From: Camelus ferus
Lineage: Eukaryota
Reading direction: 5' to 3'
NCBI RefSeq assembly: GCF_009834535.1
Contig: NC_045697.1
Span: forward strand, 73,100,001-73,164,000
Length of the DNA: 64,000 nucleotides
The notes below the pieces were generated by a model. It was not told the DNA's origin. It saw only the letters and a list, made by a program, of their open reading frames with translations, and searched no databases. Shown here one piece after another: positions 13,141 through 24,297 of this stretch (position 1 is its first letter; every line of letters begins with the position of its first letter). Position numbers and translations under genes: made by a program.

Positions 13141-13870
13141 TTTCCAACGAGAGTATGAGAGGAACTGATTCCTCGCATCCCATCTTGATTGCTGTGAAGA
13201 CTCTCCAGTCTTTGAAGCGAGTTGCAGTTCGGTTACACCTTAATTGTGCAATTACATAATTTAAAATATAGCTTGTTTCATTAAAATTGATACTCTTATT
13301 AGCTCAAAAGTGATTTTCCGGCCAACACTGGAGGAACTCCATGATAACCAATTAATTAAGCTTCAGAGAATTATACCTGTGGAATTTATAAAGACAAAGG
13401 CAATACCTCAAGCCAATAACCAACATTATCCTGCTATGCTCATGGAATCACCAGAGTGGCCTTGAGTAAGGAAAGGATGTGTTTGTTTGCGGTGGGCAGT
13501 CATGAATACCTTGCTATGGCTGATTACCACTCTGACTACTAGAAAATGGAGCTGTTATACACAGCAGCATCTGATCTGCTGCACTGGGGTACTGCAGTGC
13601 CCAGATTGCCTATTAAGGAATTCCTGAGACTATTTGCCAGCAATAGACTTCATTTTGCCAATGGGTAATTTGCGGTTCGCTGTGTCATCAGAATCTGAAC
13701 ATGTCACATCTTCTCCTCATCACAGCCAATCCAATGGCAAAGTGCTACTGAAGCAGCTGTCAAGAATGCAAAAAAAACCCCAAAAAACTATAGAGAAAGT
13801 GCAAAGTGACAGCAGATGCTATGCAAATCAGCAGTGGACACAGAATACGCACTCGCAGAGACAATAACGT
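13141..13870 (+). mobile_element. Fossil Gypsy/Ty3 LTR-retrotransposon integrase (non-coding, with frameshifts and stops)
   Basis: Manual translation across frameshifts gives, in order: VIFRP (13310), CGIY (13378), HGI/PEWP*/SKERMCLFAVGSHEYLAMADYHSDY*, CSAQIAY*GIPETI, ASNRLHFANG*F, RFAVSSESEHVTSSPHHSQSNGK, TEAAVKNAKK. This is the motif order of Gypsy rve integrases. Confidence 0.85.
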
Positions 13871-14949
13871 CCGGACCTCTGTGGTTCCTGACCATTTACT
13901 GTGGAGACAATGCGGTTCTGCCGCGGATGAAATATCACAGGTGGATAAATCCAAGACCCTGTGAAGAATGAGGAGGGGCTTGAAAAGAGAAATGGTAAGT
14001 GCTAGCTTATATTCTAAAATGTTACCTGTACACTGGAGAGAAATCACAAAGCATACTTTTAGTAATTATTTCAGAAAAAAAGTGTATTGCTACAACTAAG
14101 ATTTAAAATTGTTTGTCATCATAAGAAAGTTCTATTAAGTAAATTATGTCGATACTATTCAATGCTATTTGAAATGCCCTTGTAATTTCTGCATCATTCT
14201 GACCTAAAACAAAATCTTTATTTAAAAAATGATACATGAAATGTATTTGTACTCTGTACATTTCTGGTTTTTCAGTTGCCTTAATTTTTTCTTACAAATT
14301 ATTGAAATACGTTATTTTGAGCACAGCCAGAATCATTGCTAAATTATCAAATCTTTGAATTGTAAGAAATTTAAGAAGCTATATTTTTACAAGAATCCAC
14401 TCCTCATGGAAAGCCCCTTTATAAATCCTTAGTAAGTAGTCACTTATTATTATATTATTTGTTATTATATTATTATTAATAAATTATATTATTAAATTTG
14501 CATATATTTGAGTGGGAGAGATCTCATTCCCTCTTGAGAAAACCCATCGCTTTTTAATAATGATTATAATCAGCCAACACCATAAATTATGCCAAAATTT
14601 GCTACTTGTGACTTCTGTTGACTGATCACAGAGACATGGAATCTCCAGTGTTTCTTCCTCTCCTACTCACGTGTTCCCCAGGTTCAGTCACCGAGGTCTA
14701 GCATGACCAGCCCTGTCTCCAGTGACTGCCTTGGTGTCTATTCCCTCCTTTCATTCCTGTGCCACCTCCCTAACTGTACACTTCTCACCGCTGTCAGAAT
14801 TAGTGGAATAGATTCCTGAGTGAGCTCCCAATCAGCTAGTTTTAGCTTATTGGCTCTACAGTTTTTCACTAATACCAGAACCACCTTATTTCTATGACAG
14901 TTTGAGTTCTTCTAGAAAATTAGGTGGACTATAAGAATAAAGACAAAAT

Positions 14950-15352
14950 TCTTTTTTTTGTCCTTTTTAAATTGAAGTATAGTCAGTTTACAGTGTGTCA
15001 ATTTCTGGTGTACAGCGTAATGCTTCAGTCATACATATACATACATATATTCATCTTCATATTCTTTGTCATTATAGGTTACTACAAGATATTGAATGTA
15101 GTTCCCTGAGCTATACAGTATAAACTTGTTGTTTATCTATTTTATATATGGTAGTTAGTATCTGCAAATCCCAGACCCCCAATTTATCCCTCCCCACCCC
15201 TCTTCCCCCCAGTAACCATAAGTTTGTTTTCTATGACTTACTGTTTTGTAAGTTCATTTGTGTCTCTTTTTTTTGATTTCACATATAAGTGATATTATAT
15301 GGTATTTTTCTTTCTCTTTCTAGCTTACTTTGCTTAAAGTAATGATCTCCAT
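14950..15352 (-). mobile_element. Young L1 3' end (cetartiodactyl type)
   Basis: Poly(T), then 'ttgaagtatagtcagtttaca', 'ttgttgtttatctattttatatat', 'aatttatccctccccacc'. Confidence 0.9.
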
Positions 15353-15380
15353 GTTTTAGGTAAGATAACACTGGTTATTA

Positions 15381-15382
15381 CA

Positions 15383-15425
<43 letters not shown>

Positions 15426-15450
15426 ACACACACACACACACACTCACACA
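15381..15450. repeat. (CA)n microsatellite, interrupted
   Basis: Seen directly. Confidence 0.97.
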
Positions 15451-15529
15451 GTTTTCAGTGGCCAGTAGGAATATAAACTTCTTCTATCATCATCCATCTG
15501 CTAGGACTTAAGAGTTCTTTTCTTCCAGG

Positions 15530-15720
15530 CTAAGAACTGGGAAGAGATTGTGGAGGAACCACATCTGTTGTTTACCATGCTGGGTGGGAAGTGACACACA
15601 TCACTTCCACTCAAATTCTATTGGTAAGATTTAGATGTGTGGTTCCACTTAGATGTAAATTGGGCAAAAATACAGAGTCCTTGCCTTGGCAACACCTTCC
15701 ATAAATCAATCATTCTCAAG
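15530..15720 (-). mobile_element. Old MLT1 (K/L-like) LTR fragment
   Basis: 'ggaagtgacacacatcacttccactcaaattctattgg' is a typical old MLT1 motif. Confidence 0.6.
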
Positions 15721-16234
15721 TATATCTGTAACACAGAATGGGACTGCAATCTTTGGTGAACAATGGATGTACATTTTTTAGCACAACTAACAAAGTCCAC
15801 AATAGAGTATCCAGAGCAAGTTCTTCTCAATCTCACATTTCAGCTTCAACTTCTACCTTATTAGTTCACAATTCTTAAACTCCATTCACCACAATACTTA
15901 TTTTTCCCCAGGAGGGCCATTTACTGAGATGTCCCTATATATTTTGTCCTGTTCTGTCTTGAAAATGTTTTTGTCATTCCTCTCCTCCACTCCTTCCACG
16001 AACAATTGAAATTTTATTCAAATTTCAAGTCTCAGGTCAAATTATGTTCTCTGTAATCTTCCTTAATATTCCCACTGTAATTAGTTCCTTCCAGATCATT
16101 TCCCAGAACTTATTTCTTTATTTTTGGCAGGGCTATTTATATGCCTGCCTCTCCGGTATTTTGTGCATCGTCTTAAAACTTTTGCTTTTTATTTTTTTCT
16201 GTTGCGTTACTCTGTTAGCAAACAGTGGTGCCTC

Positions 16235-16482
16235 ATAACAACTATCTCTTACAGGGTCTACTTTGTGTCAGACACTACTTTAAGTTTTCTTTTTAATGTA
16301 GATTGTCTTACATGCTCCCCATAACAACCCAATGAGTTAGGCACTAAATTATCCCAATCTTATAAGAAATAAGTTGAGACACAGAATGGCAGTACACTTA
16401 TACAGGGTCACACAGTAATAAGTGGTGAGTTAGGATTTGAATCCAGCCTGACCCTAGAAGATACACTCTGAATTACTATGCT
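16235..16482 (-). mobile_element. MIR SINE, near full length
   Basis: 'acaacccaatgagttagg...agggtcacacagtaataagtgg...ggatttgaatccag'. Confidence 0.8.
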
Positions 16483-17250
16483 GCAATAGATTATTGTTCA
16501 ATAATCATTTAATGTATTTTTGCCATAGTTAGTAATTAACTTTCTTCATAATATTATTTGAACAACCCTATATCATTTTCATTTTTCTTTATAACAGTCT
16601 TTATTACAACAATTACTCAGCATTTCCAAGGAGAAGCATTCACTACACTTTAATTCCTTTAGCTTTCAGTTATGAAACCAAGTTGAAATAATTGATATTC
16701 TTGCATGTTTTTTACATAGACTACATGTTTTCAGGGTCAATATAAAATGGCCTTCGAGACTGAAAGGAAATAAATATAACATCTATTGTAAAATTGATTT
16801 CCCCGCTTCTAAATTTTTTATCTTGTGAAATTATAATTTCACTAACAATCATCCCATGGATTTGAAAATAAATTCCCTAAGTAATTCTATAGTCCTTTTA
16901 TGGCATTTTCCCCCTGATCTTGCTGCCTGCAGGCAAACAATGTAAAAGAGGAGAAATTTTGCTTAGTGAGTAAGTCTGTCTTTAGATGCAGAAAGTCCTT
17001 GAGATCTCTACATCTGCATGCAAAGATATGTTCCTCCAGGTTAGCATCGGTAGTTCTTTTTCATTTGGTCATATTTACTTTCATCTCTCTTCTGCATCTT
17101 CTTTGTCAGGTGACTTGTGTTCACATCAAGAGCAATACAGAAAGTCCCAGCAGAAAAACAAAGAAAAGGAAAGGGTGTGTTCACAATCGTGAATTTGTGA
17201 GCAATGTAAATCATCACCAGGATAAAACTTAAAAAGAAAATTGGAATGAC

Positions 17251-18199
17251 TGTCCAGAACCTACTCCTCTCTTGTTTCTTGGACTCCAGTAATATACAGT
17301 GCTGGAGGAGGTCATCAGGAGGAGGTGACCACTGCGGTTGATGCATGAGCTGGACACAGGCAACGGAAGGCTCCTCACCCCCCTTCCTTGTCCTCGGAAT
17401 GTCTGTTCTGCCCACTGTTCCCATAGCTGGAGCCATTTCAAGGATGCAACCATGAGAGAACAATGTGCAGTTGAAGCCATCTGAACGGTATAGGAGACTG
17501 AACCCAGTCCAGGCTGCTATGCAAACTTAAGATTCTAGCAGGTGGTTGCAGAGATCTACTCATCTTGTGACTGTCCAAGACAAGCCTCATTAGGAAGTTC
17601 CCTTGCTTGTTAAACCTACCACTGTCGACTGAAAAAATGCACTGCCTAAAAGTTGAGCTACGTTTTATTTGGTGGACATCTCTGAGGACTTAAGACCGGG
17701 ATGTGGCCTCTCAGATATCTCTGAGAGACTGTTCCAAAAAGGCAGGGAAGGAGCCAGGATATATAGGCGTTTTTGCAACAAAGGCTAGGCAGTCGAAACA
17801 TCAAAGATTATTGTTAATCAAAGAAAATCAGACATCTCAAGTTAATAATTTAGCGTTTTTCTATGTGTGGGAAGGTACAAAATTCTGAGCTCCTTGAAAT
17901 CATTCCTTTGATACACACCTAGCTATCTAGGCCAGTATCCTGTGCTTTCCCATCCTGGGTTCCCTCAGGGGGCACCACTGGGGGTGGTGGCAGAGGCACG
18001 GCTGCCTGCTTGTCTCCATCCTGACTTTCCTTCACTCACCCTTGAAGGCAGTGGTAGTGGCCGATGAGTTGGTGGCTGCAGTTTATAGATAGGGCCGGCG
18101 ATATTTTTCATTCACACCACCTACCAATCTGGAATAGTCTGCCTCTTTCTTTGGTCTCTCCTGGCCCTCCATGTATGGGGGCCAATTTACAAACCAACA
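17251..18199 (+). mobile_element. ERVL-class solo LTR (MER73/MER74-like), interrupted by a nested LTR
   Basis: TG...CA ends ('tgtccagaacc' and 'gggggccaatttacaaaccaaca'); sequence resumes after the insert at 18117. Confidence 0.6.
17623..18116 (-). mobile_element. ERV1 solo LTR (MER41-like) with 4-bp TSD
   Basis: Minus strand reads 'tgtgaatgaaaaat...aataaaacgtagctcaacttttagg...ttttcagtcgaca'; ccac flanks both sides (17619-17622 and 18117-18120). Confidence 0.8.
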
Positions 18200-18556
18200 T
18201 ACATCTTTTTTTGGTTTTTTTGAATGTGGAAGTTGATGAATATATTTCTATAAGTTAATTTTCACGATGTTTTATTTATTCAAAAAATTCAAGTCAGAAA
18301 ACAAATGTTATACACTGAATTAACACATTTATTTCTATTTTAGTCACCGAATATATAGATCAGCATGTTAGGAAGGGGTTTCTCTGGGGAATGCTTCTTG
18401 AAGCCATACCCGAAAATTTTAATGAGAATTAAATGAATCTGACTATGGTAGTCTATACTGAAAAAGAAGAGATGGCGTTTTAAAAATACATCATATCCCA
18501 TTGTAAGATGGACATGATTACTTATTTTATTTCACTTTTGAGTTTCAAACTGTGTA

Positions 18557-18558
<2 letters not shown>

Positions 18559-18600
<42 letters not shown>
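18559..18600. repeat. (TG)n microsatellite, perfect
   Basis: Seen directly. Confidence 0.98.
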
Positions 18601-18602
<2 letters not shown>

Positions 18603-19280
18603 GAGAGGAGGTTATTTGATATAGTTGAACTGGTGTTACTGCTTCCAAAATGTCTGTCCTGTTCTGTCTTATTATATCATGTATACTCTAACAGAGTTTG
18701 TATTTATGAATGGAACTTTGAGACAGCTATTTATAAAATGTTCTATAAAGAATGCTTATTTAAATTTTCATTTCTATTTTTGTGGCATGTACTTTATATG
18801 ATCAGTTAATTAGCAATAGAGTCAGTAAATATGTATCTAACAATTTACTATGTTAAGGATGGCATTATGCCAGGCACTGTAGGATATAAAAATGATCTTA
18901 GGTGTGATTTGTCCTCAAGATATGTGATTAATATGGGCAAAATAAATGATTTAAAACAAAAATGAGATTGATTCCCAGTTTAAGGCTTTGTCACCCAAAA
19001 ATTCCACACCAATTTGTTCTCTACCAGCATGTTTGTCTTCTATCCTATGGAAACAAGAAACTAATAATTATCAATAAAGTCTTGGTGAACAAACTTCGTT
19101 CACAATAAGGTAAATACATAAAAACCAAAAAAGTTAAAAATTACAATTATAACCACAGAAGAAATCATGTTTCTCAAAACATTGGAATTAGAATCCTGTA
19201 CCATCATTATAGACGCTAGTTCCCAAAGGAGGAATGAATTGAAGATGTTCATTTGGGTTCATTATCACTTTCACAGTTGC

Positions 19281-20690
19281 ATTTTTAATTGAAATTTGTA
19301 CTGAAATAATTGTAGACTCACATGTCCTTGTAAGAACTATTATAGAGATAGTCCATGTACATGAACACCTACTCAGTTTCCCAGTGTTAACATTTTGACT
19401 ATGACTACGGTATAACCACCAGGGTGTTGACATTGGTACAATCCAATGATCTTATTCAGATTTTCCCAGTTTACTGTTCTTGTGTGTGTGTATGTGTGTG
19501 TAGTTCTATGCAATTGTATCACATCTAGGTTTGTGTATCTACCAAGGCAGTCAAGATACTGAACAATGTCATCATCACATTTCCTGTAGACGCATCCAAA
19601 TTGCAGCATATATCAATAGTTAATTTCCTTTTATTGATAGTTAGTATTCCATGCTATGTATGCACCAAAGCTTATTTAACCTTTTATCTATTGAAGGAAA
19701 TCTAGGCTGATTATAGCTTTGGCTGTTACCAATAATGCTTCTATAAACATTTGTGTACAGGTTTTTGTGTGTACACAAGTTTTTATTCCTCTGGGATAAA
19801 TGCCCAAAGGTGCAATTGCTGGGTCACTTGGTAACTGAATGTTTATTTCTATAAGAAACTGCCAAAATTTTTTCCAGAGTGGAAATTTTACATTCCTATC
19901 AGCAATGTATGAATTTTCTGTTCATCCTTGCTAGTATTTAGTGCTACAACTTTTTATAAGCCATTTTGGTAAGTATATAGTGATAGATCATTGTGCTATT
20001 AATTTATGTGTCCCTGATGATTAATGATGTTGACCATCTTTCCACTTGCTTATTTGACATTTTTATCCGCTTCAGTGAAATGTTTCTTCATACTTTTGCC
20101 CATTTCCTAATTGGCTTATTTTTACTATTAAGTTTTGAGATTTCTTTATATAATCTAAATACTTTCTAGGGGGCCAGGTTTGTGGTGTATTAGCTTCCTG
20201 TTGCTGCTGTACCAAATTACCACAAACATAGTGACTTTTAAAGCAATACAAATATATCATCTCACATTGTGGAAGGTCAGAAGTGCAAAATGATTTTTAC
20301 AAGGCTAAATCCAAGATGTCAGCCTAGATGGTTCCTTCTGGAGTCTACAGGGGGAAAATCTATTTGTTGCTTCTTCCAGTTTCTGGAGGCCACCTTCACT
20401 TTTTGAATTGTGACTGCATCACTCCAATCTCTACTTCCATTATCATGTTGTCTTCCCTTGTTGGGCTCTCCTGTGTCCCTCTTATAACAATCCTTGATTA
20501 CATTGCTCTCTGTAACCCTCTCCCCACAGTGCAAGATGATCTCCTCATCACATCGTCAAAGTCCCTTTTGTCATGTAAGGTGACAGTCACAGGTCCTGGG
20601 ATTAGGATGCAGATATACTTGTAGAGGATTTCTACCCCATACGGTGTGCAAATATTTTCTTCAAGTCTGAAGCTTGTCTTTTCATACTCT
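19281..20690 (-). mobile_element. Old L1M (L1MC/MB-like) 3' region, interrupted by MLT1
   Basis: 'gaaataattgtagactcacatg', 'ctgggataaatgcccaa', 'ttttgcccattt'; resumes as 'tgcaaatattttct' after 20645. Confidence 0.85.
20186..20642 (-). mobile_element. MLT1C/D-like MaLR solo LTR inserted in L1M
   Basis: 'tgtattagcttcctgttgctgctgtaccaaattaccacaaac' and 'cacaggtcctgggattaggatg'. Confidence 0.85.
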
Positions 20691-21258
20691 TTTTTTAAAC
20701 TGAAGTATAGTTGATTTATAGTCTTGTGTTTGTTTCTGGTGTGCAGCAAAAAGAATCAGTTTTACATATGTATATTTTTTCATTCTCTTTTTCATTATAG
20801 GTAATTACAAAATATTGAATATAGTTTCCAGTGCTATATAATAGGACCTCATTGCTTATCTATTCTGTATATAGTAGTTTGTATCTACTAATCCCAAACT
20901 CCTATTAATTTGTCCCTCCCCTTCACTTTACCCTCTAGTAACTGTAAGATTGTTTTCCATGTCTGTGAGTCTGTTTCTGTTTTGTAAATAAGTTCATTTT
21001 ATCATTTTTTAGATTCTACGTATAAGTGATATCATACGGTATTTGTCTTTTTCTTTCTGGCTTACTTCACTTAGTATGGTAATCTCTGGTTCCACCCATG
21101 TTGCTGCAAATGGCATTATTTCACTCTTTTTTATGGCTGAGTAGTGTTCCATTGTATATATGTACCACATCTTCTTTATCCAGTCATCAGTCCATGGACA
21201 TTTAGGTTGCTGCATGTCTTGGCTATTGTATATAGTGCTGCTGTGAACATTGAGGTGC
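20690..21258 (-). mobile_element. Young L1, ORF2 C-terminus plus 3'UTR
   Basis: ORF 21009-21215 'QPKCPWTDDWIKKMWYIYTMEHYSAIKKSEIMPFAATW' is the L1 ORF2p C-terminus; poly(T) at 20690. Confidence 0.95.
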
Positions 21259-21385
21259 AGTGGTTTGCCTTGTGTCCTCTCTTTTCTGGAGGATCCAAGA
21301 AGAGATGGTTTTTTTAGTCTGTTCAGCTTCTCAATTGTTTTGGGATGGAGTGTTGACTCCCAAGCTCCTTACATGTGGAAACAGC
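21257..21385 (-). mobile_element. Extreme 5' end of an old L1M (L1MC-like)
   Basis: 'gcagtggtttgccttgtg...ggatccaagaagag...tgttcagctt...ccaagctccttacatg' matches my recall of the L1MC-type 5' terminus in reverse. Confidence 0.6.
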
Positions 21386-21563
21386 TAATTCTTTTTATAG
21401 ATTGTAGAATTCAGTTTACTAATATCTCACTGAGCATTTTGTGTCTAAGTTCATAGATTATAATGTTGTGTGGCTGTCTTTTACTGTATTCTCTCTTTTT
21501 TTCTTTTTGGTTTTGGTACAAGGTCAATAATGGACACATGAAGCTATTACAATAAATATATAT

Positions 21564-21843
21564 ATTTCTTTATATAATCTAAATACTTTCTAGGGGGCCA
21601 GATATGTGGTATATTTACTTCCTGTTGCTGCTGTACCAAATTACCACAAATATAGTGACTTTTAAAATAATACAAATATGTCATCTGGAGGCCACCTTCA
21701 CTTTTTGCATTGTGACTGCATCACTCCAATCTCTACTTCCATTATCATGTTGTCTTCCCTTGTCTGGCTCTCCTGTGTTCCTCTTACAACAACCCTTGAT
21801 TACACTGCTCTCTGTAACCCTCTCCCCACAATAAAAGATGATC
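21564..21843. repeat. Direct duplicate of 20140-20541 with internal deletion
   Basis: Near-identical sequence across the L1M/MLT1 junction, compared by eye. Confidence 0.95.
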
Positions 21844-23288
21844 AGGACCAGATGACCAGAGAATATAAGCCAAAACATATAAGTCAGTGTGTATGTTATA
21901 ATTATCAAAACTCTAAGTGTATAGGTACAAATAAACATGCACATAAAGGAAGGAAATATACCAGAAATATGAAGACTAAATATTTCCAGATGGAGAATAA
22001 TGAATAATTTTTATTTTTCTCCTATATTTTTGTACCTTCCAAATTTCTTACAGTGTGTATATTGCACATTTGTATTATTATCTGAAAACAAATAGGAAAC
22101 AAGACAATGGAAAGAATTTGGTCAGGGGGAGAAAGTGGAATATATTTGAGGAAGAGTGGCCAGTGCTATTAGGAATACATTTTATAAACTCTTGTTTTCA
22201 AATATTACCCTTCCAAAAGGAGGATCCAGAAGAGAGGGGTTCATATATCCTTCTTTGTAGTGGCAGGATAACTTGGAGCAGCTGAAACTAATAAAACAAA
22301 CAAAATTTTTTTAAAAAGAAGAAAAGGAAAAAGGCTTTCTGATTTAAAGAGCACAGCTGCTGAAGTGTTGTGTCATTCCAGGGCAGACTTAGCTCTTGCC
22401 CTTGGAAGTTTCTGTCTCAAATGCATGCATAAGAAACCATTGATGAAACAAGATATAAAGGCCTGAAAACAATTACCCTCCAGAAAATGTTCTCATGTCC
22501 GGCATTCTTTTTTGTATCCTTCCCCATTTCCCCTACATAAAAATAGTTATATATAAAAAATATAGATAAGCAGCTATATTACAGTCATAGATGGGTAATA
22601 TGTAAATCTAATCTACAGTAGTTCAGACATGGATGTTGTAATCTCAGGATCAATTCAGACAATGTATCAAACCTCAATATCACAAGAAACACCAGAAACA
22701 GAAATATGCTTTTGTTATCTTGCATGCATCAGATGCCAATTTGGATTGGCCTAAACGTGAAGGGCAACTTAATGGAAGTAGAAGGATGCAGAGGTAGTTC
22801 CCAGAGTTCACAGAACAAGTGAAAAATTCAAGCTCAGTAAGCATCAAAAATAGAGAACCATTGGTGATATCAGCAGAAGGAATAAATAACACTTATCTCT
22901 AGTCCTCTGATATTTGCTTTATTAAAAAACTCCTGTCTCCTTATCTCTCTTAAAGTCTAGGGGTAGGAGGAGGTGTGCAGAGGAGGGACAGAGAGGGAGA
23001 AATTTAAGTGTGCCAATTCATGTGACATATCCACCTTTTGTTAGTGGACGAATGAAAACATGACTGCAGAGGACATATTTTGGAGAGTAAGTTGGGCAGT
23101 TATAATTACTCCACAGTACATTTCATCTCTCAGTTGCTCAACCTACACTTCTCTTATATACAATTCAAAAGCTTCCCCCACCTGACGTATATCCACTGTC
23201 ACACACACCACTATAAATGCACTCGTAATTTCCCAAATGGAGATAATCTGAAGTCATATCCAACTTCTACATTTAAAGAACATTTCAA

Positions 23289-23386
23289 GACGGTGTGTAT
23301 AGCTCAGTGGTAGAGCACATGCTTAGCAGGCACAGGGTGCTGGATTCGATCCCCAGTACCTCCATAAAAAATAAAAATAATAAAAA
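23289..23386 (+). mobile_element. tRNA-Ala-derived SINE (vic-1-like) with TSD
   Basis: 'gtatagctcagtggtagagcacatgcttagcaggcacagggtgctggattcgatccccagtacctcc' plus poly(A); TSD aaagaacatttca / aaagaatattcca. Confidence 0.9.
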
Positions 23387-23389
23387 AAA

Positions 23390-23920
23390 GAATATTCCAT
23401 GCACTAGCAGCAGAATATAGTCTTCTCAAGAATATATGGAGCATTTTCCAGGATAGATCACATATTAGGCTGCTAAACAAAGTCTTAATACATTTAAGAA
23501 GACTGAAATCATATCAAGAATCTTTTCTGACTGCAATAGTATGAAGCTAGAAATCAATTATAAGAAGGAAGTTAGAAAAAAACAAATATGCAGAAATTAA
23601 ACAACATGCTCCTGAACAACCAGTGGGCCAAAGAAGAAATCAAAAGAGAAATAAGAAAAGTGTCTTGAGACAAATGAAAATGGAAGTACAATATACCCAA
23701 ATTTATGAATGCAGCAAAAGCAGTTCTAAGAGGAAAGCTTACAGTGATAAACTCCTACATTAGGAAAAAATCCACAGAGATATATAATAAACAACCTAAA
23801 TTTACACTAACAGAAACCAGAAAAAGGAAAACAAGATTAGCAGAAGAAAGTTAGCACAAAGAAGCAAATATAAAAATCAGAGCAGAAAGAAATCAAATAC
23901 AGACTAAGAAGACAATGGAG
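23390..23920 (+). mobile_element. L1 ORF2 endonuclease-region fragment
   Basis: 'ttttccaggatagatcacatattagg' (FSRIDHILG), 'aaacaacatgctcctgaacaaccagtggg', 'gcagcaaaagcagttctaagagg'. Confidence 0.9.
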
Positions 23921-24297
23921 GTGATCTGGCCCTGGACTTTTGATTGTTAGAAGTTTTTTTTTGCTGATTCAATCTTACTAGTAATCTGTCTATTCACATT
24001 TTCCATTTCTTCATGATTCACTTTTGGTAGGTTGTATGTTTCCAGGAATTTATCTATTTCTTCTAGGTTGTCCAATTTGCTGGCATATAAGTATTTATAG
24101 TAATCTCTTATGATCCTTGTATTTCTGTGGTATCATTTGTTAACCCCTCGTCTTTCATTTCTGACTTATTTATTCGAGTCACCTCTCTTTTTTCTTGATG
24201 AGTCTAGCTCAAGTTTTGTCAATTTTATTTTTTCAAAAACCAGCTCTGTTTTCTTGATCCTTTCTATTGTCTTTTTAGTCTCTATTTCATTTATTTA
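23921..24297 (-). mobile_element. L1 ORF2 fragment, inverted continuation of the previous segment
   Basis: Reverse complement 'aaataaatgaaatagagactaaaaagacaatagaa...gctagactcatcaag...ggacaacctagaagaaat...agtccagggccagat'. Confidence 0.9.

Noticed and set aside
13634..13867. 77-aa ORF as a functional domesticated integrase gene
   Set aside because: Only the central segment is in the integrase frame; frameshifts and stops flank it and the catalytic aspartates appear lost
17041..17480. 140-aa and 83-aa minus-strand ORFs
   Set aside because: They overlap an LTR and its flank and show no recognisable protein
23289..23365. tRNA-Ala-like sequence as a true tRNA gene (also 11280-11357)
   Set aside because: Poly(A) tail, TSD and mismatched stems show these are SINE copies
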